DNA from: Chromatiaceae bacterium
GTDB lineage: Bacteria > Pseudomonadota > Gammaproteobacteria > Chromatiales > Chromatiaceae
Length of the DNA: 64,000 bases
Reading direction: 5' to 3'
Assembly (NCBI GenBank): GCA_003562815.1
Contig: PWTO01000182.1
Span: 7,703 to 71,702, forward strand
Shown in pieces: positions 29,602 through 37,983 of the stretch. The notes beneath the pieces were generated by a model that worked only from the letters and a program-made list of their open reading frames with translations, searched no databases and was not told where the DNA came from. Position numbers and translations under genes: made by a program. The first letter of the stretch is position 1; every line of letters begins with the position of its first letter.

Positions 29602-30777
29602 TCACCGTTCGATCTCGGGTGGATAGGTGTGCAAAGAGACCATCAGGGCGGCGACATCGGAGATGTTGCAATTGACGATCAGGCGTTCGAGCAAGGCCAT
29701 CGCATGCGTGTAGGACGGCCCGCGCACATTGACCCGGCGCGGGTAGCCGCTGCCATCGGTGACCAGGTAATAGCCATATTCCCCGCGTGAGCACTCGCCG
29801 CAGATGTAGGTCTCGCCGAAGGGGATCTTCCAGTGCAGGACGTTTGGCAGCGGCGCCATGACGGCCCCTGAGCGTGGCATCCGGGCCAGGATCTGGCGGA
29901 TCAGGTCCACCGACATCAGCAGGTCGCGGCGGCGCACATCGGCGCGCGTAAAGACGTCGGAGTCCTGCCCCACGACCGGCTCGAAATCGAGTTCGGGATA
30001 GACCAGATAGGGCTGATCCCTGCGCACATCCTTGGCCACACCGGCGGCACGCGCGGTGGGACCGGTGACGCCGTATTGATCGACGATCGCGGGGTCGATA
30101 TAGCCGAGCCCGACGGTGCGCTTCTTGAACACCGCGTTCTGGAACATGACATCCTTGACATCGGCGAGTGTGGATTCGATCTCCCGCAGGGTCTCCTCCA
30201 TGCGCTGGTCGAAGCCATCGGGCAGCCCGTCGCGCACCCCGCCGGGCATGATGAACATGTGGTAGATGCGCGCCCCACTCAGCTCCTCGAAGCGATCGAG
30301 CATCAAATCCCGAACATAGGTCGTCCACTGGCCGATGACGCCTTGGCCGAGCGCCCCCGCCTGGCCGCCGAGGTACATCAGATAGCTGTTGATGCGCCCC
30401 ATCTCCAGGATCAGGGTGCGTATCCAATCGGCCCGCTCCGGGACCTCGAGCCCGGCAAGCTCCTCGACTGCAGCGGCATAGCAGTACTCGTTGAAATCGG
30501 GCTCGGGAACGCAGATGCGGCAGACGATCGGGAAGCACTGGATGAAGGTGCGCCGCTCCATCAGCTTCTCGAAGCCGCGATGCAGATAGCCGACATGGGT
30601 CTTGCCCTCGACCACCTCATCGCCGCAGACGGTCAGCTCCACCGACATGTTGCCGGTGATGCCGGGATGCTGCGGCCCCTGCCAGAGCTTCAGATACTTG
30701 CCCGAGCTGAGGTCGATGTCCAGGCTGCCGTCGGGCCGGCGCGACGGGTATTGGCTGCGGTCTGCTTGATACGCCAT
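29602..30777 (-). CDS. NuoD / [NiFe]-hydrogenase large-subunit-like catalytic subunit lacking a complete NiFe site (MbxL/Ehr-like)
   Basis: HVGYLHRGFEKL signature. CRIC at the L1 position (30511-30522). The C-terminus reads HTYPPEIER where the CxxC L2 motif would be. An extra CGEC lies next to the RGE motif (29791-29802). Confidence 0.85.
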   Translation of the reverse strand: MAYQADRSQYPSRRPDGSLDIDLSSGKYLKLWQGPQHPGITGNMSVELTVCGDEVVEGKTHVGYLHRGFEKLMERRTFIQCFPIVCRICVPEPDFNEYCYAAAVEELAGLEVPERADWIRTLILEMGRINSYLMYLGGQAGALGQGVIGQWTTYVRDLMLDRFEELSGARIYHMFIMPGGVRDGLPDGFDQRMEETLREIESTLADVKDVMFQNAVFKKRTVGLGYIDPAIVDQYGVTGPTARAAGVAKDVRRDQPYLVYPELDFEPVVGQDSDVFTRADVRRRDLLMSVDLIRQILARMPRSGAVMAPLPNVLHWKIPFGETYICGECSRGEYGYYLVTDGSGYPRRVNVRGPSYTHAMALLERLIVNCNISDVAALMVSLHTYPPEIER

Positions 30778-30790
30778 CTGATACGCCCTC

Positions 30791-31336
30791 TTAGGCCCCG
30801 TCCGGGTAGAGCTGTGCTTTCATGTGCTGGGCCGGGTCCTGGCTCTCACGCCCTGGGCGCGGCGCGAAGGTCTCGTTGGAATACTTCAGGGTGTCGAAAT
30901 CGCGCCGATAGGGCGGGATCTCGCGCCAGCCTTCGAGGATGAAGTCCTCGTTGACGCCGGGGCTGTCGGGGAAGTCGATGCCGAACATCTCGCGCAGCTC
31001 GCGTTGATAGGTCGCAGCGGTCGGCCAGAGATCGTGGATGCTCTCCATCGGCGCGCCTTCGATCACCGCTTGGCGCGAGAGCATCACCCGCAGCCCGATG
31101 TCGCGGGCGCCTTGGCGGTCGTGCAAGAGATAGGTGAGCTGGAAGCGATCGTCCTCGATCCAATCGACCGCCGTCAGCAGCACCAAATGGGTGAAGCCCT
31201 CCTGGTCGCGCAAATGCAGCAAGACCGGCCGCAGTTGTTCCCTGGGCAGGGTGATAAAGGCCAGATCGGGGCGCTTCTCGCTCAGCTCGCCGAGCGGGAA
31301 TCGGCCCTTCAGTTGTTCATAGAGTTCGCGCAGCAT
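30791..31336 (-). CDS. NuoC-like subunit (MbxK-like)
   Basis: ~180 aa with LLTAVDW...ERE..DMFGI-type pattern (LLTAVDWIEDD, YQRELREMFGIDF). Start at MLRELYEQL avoids overlap with the upstream gene. Confidence 0.8.
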   Translation of the reverse strand: MLRELYEQLKGRFPLGELSEKRPDLAFITLPREQLRPVLLHLRDQEGFTHLVLLTAVDWIEDDRFQLTYLLHDRQGARDIGLRVMLSRQAVIEGAPMESIHDLWPTAATYQRELREMFGIDFPDSPGVNEDFILEGWREIPPYRRDFDTLKYSNETFAPRPGRESQDPAQHMKAQLYPDGA

Positions 31337-31344
31337 CGGTGCAG

Positions 31345-32040
31345 CTACCAGTTGTAATCGGGCATGTCCCAATCATGGATCACGCGCTTCTGGTTCGCCT
31401 TGTACCAGTCGAAGCGTTCGGCATATTGATTGGCTCCTTCACCCTTGCCGGCGCGGACGATGCGCTTGAGTTCCTCGAAGCCGGCCAGCAACGCCTCAGG
31501 CCGAGGCATGCAGCCAGTGATATAGACATCCACCGGCAGGTACTCATCAAGGCGGGTAATGGTGTTGTACGAATCGAAGTACATGCCGCCATTGATCGTG
31601 CAGGAGCCGAGTCCGACCACATATTTCGGGTTCGGCATCTGTTCGTAGGAGCGAATCACCCGCTTCAGGGTCTTCACCGACAGATAGCCTGAGATCACGA
31701 ACAGGTTCGATTGCCTCGGGGTTGGCCGCCATTGAATGCCATAACGGTACGCGTCGAAGCGCGGCGTCATCAGCGGCCGCATCTCGATCGCCCCGCAGCC
31801 GGTGCCGAAGCCTAAAATCCAGAGCGATTCGGCCCGCGCCCAGTTGAACAGCCCCTCGATGATCTTGCTGTAAGCCGCAGGCATCACCGTCGGGGGCGCC
31901 TCGCAGTAATAGTCGCGCAGCGGCTCGACCTCGAACTCGACGCCGTCCGGTCCCTTGACCAAGCGGCGCCTCAGCTCTTCTTTCACCGGCGCGTGCTCGA
32001 TCAGGTCGTCGTCTAGGAGGTCTTCGTTTGTCTGCGTCAT
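31345..32040 (-). CDS. NuoB-like [4Fe-4S] subunit (MbxJ-like) with an acidic N-terminal extension
   Basis: GTGCGAIEM, GLGSCTINGG and TGCMPRPE motifs, with Cys82-Cys147-Cys177 spacing of 65/30 as in NuoB. The first Cys of the tandem CC is Gly here. Confidence 0.85.
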   Translation of the reverse strand: MTQTNEDLLDDDLIEHAPVKEELRRRLVKGPDGVEFEVEPLRDYYCEAPPTVMPAAYSKIIEGLFNWARAESLWILGFGTGCGAIEMRPLMTPRFDAYRYGIQWRPTPRQSNLFVISGYLSVKTLKRVIRSYEQMPNPKYVVGLGSCTINGGMYFDSYNTITRLDEYLPVDVYITGCMPRPEALLAGFEELKRIVRAGKGEGANQYAERFDWYKANQKRVIHDWDMPDYNW

Positions 32041-32053
32041 CTGCAGTTGCTCC

Positions 32054-32959
32054 TTAAGCGATCATGATGGCGATCACGCCCAGCGGTACGGCCCAGATCA
32101 AGAACCAGCGAATCGACTGCTCGACCCGGAAGCGCGGGAAGACGACACCCACGATGACCGAGACCAGATAGATCAGAAACACCTTGAGAAAGAACGCCGG
32201 CCAGCTCGCCGCACCGCCAAAGAACAGATTCATGTAGATCACAATCTTGGCAATCGGGAAGATCGCACGATTGGTCTGCATCAGGGCGAGGTAGGACGAG
32301 TGGTACTCGGTCGGCGGTCCGATCGGGATCTCCTGCGGCGCCAGGACGACATCGAACGGCGGGCGCATCATCGTGCCGAGGAACGAGAGCATCGCTGCGG
32401 CGACCGCGATCGGGTTCGTAAACAGGGTCCACTGCAGGATGCCGCCCTGCTGCGCGGCGACGATCTCGGTCACCGAGAGGGTCTGATACTGCACCGCGAC
32501 CGCGTAGACGGCCAACGCGAACGGCAGCTCGGCGGCGGTCACCTGCGACAGCCCGCGGGTGACGCCGATCGCCGAATACGGATGGCCGCTTTCGCCGGCG
32601 CCCAGCGCCATGCCCAGGGAGCCGAAAAAGACGAAGTAGAGCGCCAGGATGAGGTCACCGGCGAAGGACATGTTCGAGAACATCTCGGTGCCGTAGAGGG
32701 TCGGCACGAACATCAGCAGACCGACGCCGCCAGTGAGCCGAAACACCGGGCCCATATAGAACATCACGCCATGGGTGATGGAGCTGCGCAGGCCGTAGTT
32801 CTTGATCAGGTCGAGGTAATTCTGCCAGACCGGGATGCCGTGCCGGCGTCCGACTCGGGCCGCGATCTTGGCCATCACCGCCGTCAGCAGGAAGCCATAG
32901 TTGGCGACGATGAACAAGGTCAGCAGCGCATAGGGGATCTTGATCCATTCGAACGACAT
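32054..32959 (-). CDS. NuoH-like membrane subunit (MbxM-like)
   Basis: 301 aa, polytopic, with a NuoH/HyfC-like pattern. Positioned between the antiporter modules and the NuoB-like gene. Confidence 0.75.
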   Translation of the reverse strand: MSFEWIKIPYALLTLFIVANYGFLLTAVMAKIAARVGRRHGIPVWQNYLDLIKNYGLRSSITHGVMFYMGPVFRLTGGVGLLMFVPTLYGTEMFSNMSFAGDLILALYFVFFGSLGMALGAGESGHPYSAIGVTRGLSQVTAAELPFALAVYAVAVQYQTLSVTEIVAAQQGGILQWTLFTNPIAVAAAMLSFLGTMMRPPFDVVLAPQEIPIGPPTEYHSSYLALMQTNRAIFPIAKIVIYMNLFFGGAASWPAFFLKVFLIYLVSVIVGVVFPRFRVEQSIRWFLIWAVPLGVIAIMIA

Positions 32960-32961
32960 GG

Positions 32962-35900
32962 TTAGAGCCCTGTCCGCAGGAGGTAGACGACCACGACGAA
33001 CGCCAGCAACTGGATCGCGTACGTTTGTCCGTTACCGGTGTAGAGCCGGCGCAGCAGGTCGGCACTGGCGTGCAAGAGATCGACGATAGCGGCCCAGAAG
33101 CGTTCGACCAGCGGCTCGGTGAGGAAACCAAGCGCCTTGCGGTAGGGCGCGAAGAAGTTCCAGGCGAAATGCGTGGTCTCCGGTCGGAAGGGCCGCTCGC
33201 CGGCAAAGACGATATTGAACTGCTTGACCTTTTGCGCCTTGCGGTTGACGAAGACCAGCCAGGCGAACAGGCTCGCGAAGATCACGCCGACCACGATCAT
33301 GATCGAGATCGGGCTCCAGTAGCCGAAGGCGCTGGTGATGGTGAGGCCCTCCCAGCCCAGGGCGCCCTCGGGATGGAACTGACTGATGTAGGCATCGACC
33401 CGCCGCAACGCGAGCCCAGGAACCAGTGCGAACGCCATCAGACAGGCGACGAAGATCATCTGCGGCAGCACCAGCCAGAACGGTGCCTCCTTGATACGCC
33501 GGTGCTCGTCCTTGAGCTGGCCTAGGAAGATGGTATGGATCAGGCGGAACAGATACAGGAACGCAATCGGCCCCGAGATGAAGATCAGAATCATCGGCAG
33601 CCGGGAGTCGGTCGTCAGGATGGCGTTGTAGAAGATCCAACGCCCACCGAAGCCCGACAAGGGCGGCACGCCGGACATGGCGATGATGCCGATCAGCACC
33701 GCGATGAACGACAGCGGCATCAGGGTGATCAATCCCCCCATCCGATACATGTCACGGGTGCCAGTGCGTTTGGCGACACCGCCGACCGAGAGGAACAGCA
33801 TCGATTTATAGATGTAGTGGTTGATCACGAACATCAGCGCCATGAGCCAACCGAGATGGTTCATCATCGCCAGGCCGAACAACGCATAGCCCATCTGGCC
33901 GATCGACGAATAGGCCAGCAGGCGCTTGGCATCCTCCTGGAACGCGGCCATCAGGTTGCCGATCAGCGCCGAGAGCGCACCGATCCAGAGCAGGATGTGG
34001 GTCAGCTCGACCCCATAGAGCTGCTGGCTGCCCATGGCCATGAACAGGACGAAGAGCCCAAACAGGCCGGCCTTGAGCAGGATGCCCGAGACCATCGGCG
34101 AGACATCGGTCTCGGCCTCGGCGTGAGCGCCCGGCAGCCAGATGTGCAGGCCGACGGCTGCGGTCTTGGTCATGAAGCCGATGGCCAAGAGCAGGAAGAC
34201 CCAGGGTGCCAAGGGGGCGGCGACCTGCTTCAGGCCCGCGAGCGTAAACAGCGGATCACCGTCCGCCGCCAGCGCGAATCCGGCCAGGATCAGGAAGGCG
34301 CCGGCGAGGGAAAACACCATGTACGAGAGCGCATGCGGCTCGGAGCGCTGGCCGCGCAAGATCAGGAAATAAGAGCCGATGGTGAGCGATTCCCAGGCGG
34401 CGAAGAAGCCGAAGGCGTCTTCGGCCACGATCAGCATCGCCAGACCGGCGTACATCAGCATCGCCGAGGGGTAGAAGCCGATGCGCCGCCCCTGGGTCTG
34501 ATAGCTCGCGAGCAGGATCAAGGCGCCACCGATCAGCATCACCGCAGCAAAGATCAACTGCAGCGGATCGTAACTGGGTAGGCTCAGCACGAACCAGGCG
34601 ACCAGCCCGGCGATGGCGAGGCTGTTCTTGATCTGGACCGACAGCGGTTCGAGCACCAGGAAGCCGAACGCGAACAGCAGCGGTACGGCCAGCAGTAGAT
34701 TGCCATTGAGCGAGAGGGCGCCCCAGATCAAGCCCAGGCCCCAGCCAGCAGCCACTGCGGTCAGGATCACCGCGCGCTTGAACGACGACACCGCAACAGG
34801 CTCCGGTGCGCGCTCGCGTTTGAGTGCGCGCCCAAACCATCGGAACAGATAGCCGGCCTCCAGCAAGGCACCGAACAGGATCAATCCGATCAGGGCGATA
34901 CGTCCCTCGCCGGCCAGCGCGATGACCAGCTCCCACTTCGCGTAGAAGCCTGGGAACGGCGGCAGACCGACCAGCAGGGCGATGAAGCTGGCGAAGGCGA
35001 AGATCAGGATCGGATGGCCCTGCAGGGCGCTCCAAGCCGTCAGCGTGCGCCCCTCAATCAGGCCAGACAGCCAATAGAGGCCGGCCTTGGCCACGGCGTG
35101 GGCTAGCAGGATACCGCCGGCAATGAACAGGTAGCGATCACCGAGCAGGTCGCGCTGGCCGATCACCGCCAAGATCAGGCCGATCTGGGCCACCGAGGAG
35201 TAGCCCAACAGGCGCCGGTCATTGCGTTGGGCCAAGGCAAACAGATTGGCACCGACGAAGCCAACGATGCCGATACCGGTGGCCAGCGGAAGCCAGGTCG
35301 AGCCGCCGATCAGCAGCAGCTTATCGGCGGCAAAGAGCGCGGCTGACCCCGAGGCCGCCGAGAGCATCGCCGAGAACGCCGGGTGTGCCGACTCGTAGAC
35401 ATCCAGCGCCCAGCCATTGGCCGGGAACGGCTTCAGGTCCAGAACAATGGCGATGAACATCAGGAAGAAGGCCAACCCGCCGCCCTTGAGCACCAGCGAT
35501 GACACCTCGGCCATGCCGTCGATGTTGAGCGTGCCGGTGGCATGGTAGGCGAAAATAATGCCCACCAGCAGCAGGATCGTGATGACCTGGGAGGCGACCA
35601 GGTACTTGAATCCGGCGGCCAAGGCGCGCTTGTCGCGCGAGAGCAGCACCAGCCCGCCGGTGGCGATGGCGACCAATTCGAAGAAGACGAACAGGTTGAA
35701 CAGATCGCGGGTCAGGACGATGCCGCAGGCCGCCATCGTGAAGATCAGCAGCACGGCCAGCGCACGCCGACCTTGATTGAACATGGTGTCGCGCAGGTAG
35801 ACCGCCGAGAGCAGGCCGGTCAGGTTGATCGATAGGGTCAGGACCGCCTCGGCCAGGCCCATACGCAGGTTGATCGCATACGGCGGCAGGGTTCCGGCGG

Positions 35901-36087
35901 TCGTGATGTCCACCGCGCTGCCGTCCCCGGAGGCCAGCACCCAGACCCAGCCGGCGGAAATCAGGCTCATGCAGGCGAGCGCCGCGAGGCTGACGCCGTA
36001 GGCGCCGGCGCGCCACTCATCGCGCAGCAATCCGAGCAGGAACGCGGCCCCGAGGCCGACCGCAAGGATATAAAGAGCGCTTACCAT
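32962..36087 (-). CDS. Fused tandem antiporter-like subunits (two MrpD/NuoN-type modules in one 1041-aa polypeptide; MbxH+H'-like)
   Basis: Two separate copies of the family signature: GYSSVAQIGLILAVIG in the first half, and WESLTIGSYFLIL plus AYSSIGQMGYALFGLA in the second. Confidence 0.8.
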   Translation of the reverse strand: MVSALYILAVGLGAAFLLGLLRDEWRAGAYGVSLAALACMSLISAGWVWVLASGDGSAVDITTAGTLPPYAINLRMGLAEAVLTLSINLTGLLSAVYLRDTMFNQGRRALAVLLIFTMAACGIVLTRDLFNLFVFFELVAIATGGLVLLSRDKRALAAGFKYLVASQVITILLLVGIIFAYHATGTLNIDGMAEVSSLVLKGGGLAFFLMFIAIVLDLKPFPANGWALDVYESAHPAFSAMLSAASGSAALFAADKLLLIGGSTWLPLATGIGIVGFVGANLFALAQRNDRRLLGYSSVAQIGLILAVIGQRDLLGDRYLFIAGGILLAHAVAKAGLYWLSGLIEGRTLTAWSALQGHPILIFAFASFIALLVGLPPFPGFYAKWELVIALAGEGRIALIGLILFGALLEAGYLFRWFGRALKRERAPEPVAVSSFKRAVILTAVAAGWGLGLIWGALSLNGNLLLAVPLLFAFGFLVLEPLSVQIKNSLAIAGLVAWFVLSLPSYDPLQLIFAAVMLIGGALILLASYQTQGRRIGFYPSAMLMYAGLAMLIVAEDAFGFFAAWESLTIGSYFLILRGQRSEPHALSYMVFSLAGAFLILAGFALAADGDPLFTLAGLKQVAAPLAPWVFLLLAIGFMTKTAAVGLHIWLPGAHAEAETDVSPMVSGILLKAGLFGLFVLFMAMGSQQLYGVELTHILLWIGALSALIGNLMAAFQEDAKRLLAYSSIGQMGYALFGLAMMNHLGWLMALMFVINHYIYKSMLFLSVGGVAKRTGTRDMYRMGGLITLMPLSFIAVLIGIIAMSGVPPLSGFGGRWIFYNAILTTDSRLPMILIFISGPIAFLYLFRLIHTIFLGQLKDEHRRIKEAPFWLVLPQMIFVACLMAFALVPGLALRRVDAYISQFHPEGALGWEGLTITSAFGYWSPISIMIVVGVIFASLFAWLVFVNRKAQKVKQFNIVFAGERPFRPETTHFAWNFFAPYRKALGFLTEPLVERFWAAIVDLLHASADLLRRLYTGNGQTYAIQLLAFVVVVYLLRTGL

Positions 36088-36437
36088 TTCAGATCCTTGA
36101 ACGCGGAGATATCGAGGGTGCGTTTGGTCTCGTAGAGCTTGTACACATAAGCGAGCATCAGGGCTGTGACGCCGACGCCGATCACGATCGCCGTGAGCAC
36201 CAGGGCTTGAGGCACCGGATCGATAATGCGCGCGACGGCCTCGGCGACCGGCACCGCCTCATCGAGAATCGGCGCCGTGCGCCCGTGCATGTAGCCCACG
36301 GCGACCATGACCAGGTTGACCCCGGTGTTGGCCACGGTGAAGGCGACGATCATGCGCAGGATGTTGCGATTGGTCAGCGCTCCGAAGAGCCCGATCAGAA
36401 TCAAGACAAAGCCAGTGGTCATGGCGATATAGGCCAT
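36081..36437 (-). CDS. MrpC/MnhC (NuoK-like) subunit
   Basis: 118 aa, three TM helices. Overlaps both neighbouring genes. Confidence 0.75.
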   Translation of the reverse strand: MAYIAMTTGFVLILIGLFGALTNRNILRMIVAFTVANTGVNLVMVAVGYMHGRTAPILDEAVPVAEAVARIIDPVPQALVLTAIVIGVGVTALMLAYVYKLYETKRTLDISAFKDLKW

Positions 36438-37150
36438 CAGAGATCCTCCGTCTCGGACAGATTCGCCAGCATCGAGGAGAACTCCGCGCCGACCTTGAGG
36501 CCGATGAAGGAGTAGACGATCGGGATCGCCCCCGCCGAAAAGAGTGCGCCCAGGCTGCCGATGGGTAGGATGCGGTTGTCGAGGAACCCGCCTGCGAAGA
36601 AGATGCCGAGCACGCCGATACCGACGAAGACCAGACCGGCGGTGGACTCGATGGTGGCGATCAGACCGTGACTGATGCGCCGTAGCGGATCGGTCAGGAG
36701 CAGCAGGAGAATCGCCGAGGCGAGGATGGCCCCGCCTTGGAATCCACCCCCCGGGGTCAGATGCCCATTCACAAAGACATACACGCCGAGCAACAGAATC
36801 AGCGGAACCAACAACTGGGTGCCGGTGGTGAGCAGCTCGCCCGCCGGTGGCAGCTCGCGCCCCGACCCCTCGCCCTCGCGATGGCCGTGCGACAGCACCA
36901 GGCCGACGATGGCGGCGGTGAGGAACAGCACCGTGACTTCGCCGAGCGTATCGAGACCCCGAAAGGTGACGATGATGGCCGTGACGATGTTGGCCGCACC
37001 GATGTCCTGGGCGGTGTGCTCGGCGTAGTAGCGAGCGCTGAGATTGAGCGCGTCATTGGGGGTGTAGCCGCCCACAAGCCCTGCGAAGATGGCGCCGAGC
37101 CCGAGCAGCAGCAGGATGACGAACAGGCGCCTAATCACGTTCGCCTCCAC
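36437..37150 (-). CDS. MrpB/MnhB-like subunit
   Basis: GAANIVTAIIVTFRGLDTLGEV motif typical of the MnhB domain. GTG start. Confidence 0.75.
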   Translation of the reverse strand: MEANVIRRLFVILLLLGLGAIFAGLVGGYTPNDALNLSARYYAEHTAQDIGAANIVTAIIVTFRGLDTLGEVTVLFLTAAIVGLVLSHGHREGEGSGRELPPAGELLTTGTQLLVPLILLLGVYVFVNGHLTPGGGFQGGAILASAILLLLLTDPLRRISHGLIATIESTAGLVFVGIGVLGIFFAGGFLDNRILPIGSLGALFSAGAIPIVYSFIGLKVGAEFSSMLANLSETEDL

Positions 37151-37388
37151 GCACCCGTCCGAGGACGAAGAAAAATAGGAAGGTGGTCAGGCCACTGCCA
37201 ATCGCGGCCTCGGTCATGGCCACATCCGGGGCGGCCAGCAGTAGATACTGAACCGAGGCCAAGAGGCTCACCAGCCCGGCGGCGAGGATAGCGATGGCCA
37301 GGCTTTGGCGCCCGCGCGTGGCCAGGATCGCCGCCGCCACCATGGTGACGCTCAGCAGCAGGCTCATCTCGATCAGCAATGCGCTCAT
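37131..37388 (-). CDS. DUF4040-type small membrane subunit (MrpA C-terminal / MbxD-like)
   Basis: 85 aa, three TM helices, APDVAMTEAAIGSGL motif. Positioned between the MrpG and MrpB homologues. Confidence 0.65.
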   Translation of the reverse strand: MSALLIEMSLLLSVTMVAAAILATRGRQSLAIAILAAGLVSLLASVQYLLLAAPDVAMTEAAIGSGLTTFLFFFVLGRVRGGERD

Positions 37389-37723
37389 GGCTGCTCTCCT
37401 TGGTCTTCTGCGAGCCGGTCGATCACGGTCTGCGGGGCTTGTTTGACGCCGACTCGATGCGCCGCGCGAGCCAGCACCTGCGACGACAGCGGGTTGGTGA
37501 AGAGCAGAAAGACGCCAATCAACAGCAGGGTCAGCCCCCAGTCCGGGCGCAGGCAGGCAACCCCGGCCAGGGTCAGCAGGGGGCCCAAGGTCGTGGACTT
37601 GGTGCCGGCCTGAATACGATTGTAGGCATCGGGCATACGCACCAAGCCAATCCCGCCGGACAGAAGGAAGGCGGTCCCACCGACGAGCAGGATGGCTCCG
37701 AGCAGATCGAGAACCGAGGCCAT
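37385..37723 (-). CDS. MrpG/MnhG subunit
   Basis: GGIGLVRMPDAYNRIQAGTK motif characteristic of MnhG. Confidence 0.8.
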   Translation of the reverse strand: MASVLDLLGAILLVGGTAFLLSGGIGLVRMPDAYNRIQAGTKSTTLGPLLTLAGVACLRPDWGLTLLLIGVFLLFTNPLSSQVLARAAHRVGVKQAPQTVIDRLAEDQGEQP

Positions 37724-37983
37724 CAGAATCCCCTTTCGATGTAGCGGGCGACGACGATCACGCCGAGGAAGGAGAGCAAGGCGTAGACCAGGGCGACGTC
37801 TAGGTAGATGCCGCGTCCCTCGGCCAGCGCCGCCAGCGCAATCCCGGTAATGCTGACGATGGTGAGGCTGTCAAACGCAATGATGCGATCGACCGCCGTT
37901 GGACCCGCGATAAAGCGCCAGAGCGCGAGCAGGAAGGCGATTCCCGCGATGGTCGCAGCCAGATAGATGAGGAACTCAACCAT
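37723..37983 (-). CDS. MrpF/MnhF subunit
   Basis: 86 aa from MVEFLIYL, with the GPTAVDRIIAFDSL motif. Confidence 0.75.
   Translation of the reverse strand: MVEFLIYLAATIAGIAFLLALWRFIAGPTAVDRIIAFDSLTIVSITGIALAALAEGRGIYLDVALVYALLSFLGVIVVARYIERGF

Noticed and set aside
29602-30777. Calling this gene a [NiFe]-hydrogenase large subunit
   Set aside because: The C-terminal CxxC (L2) motif is absent, since the protein ends HTYPPEIER, and no hyp/maturation protease genes are nearby. It is a hydrogenase-related, non-hydrogenase catalytic subunit.
33535-34581. 348-aa plus-strand ORF, and similar ORFs at 33025-33525, 31955-32965 and 36737-37291
   Set aside because: Antisense to the polytopic Mrp/Nuo-like membrane genes. 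The translations are highly charged and low-complexity.
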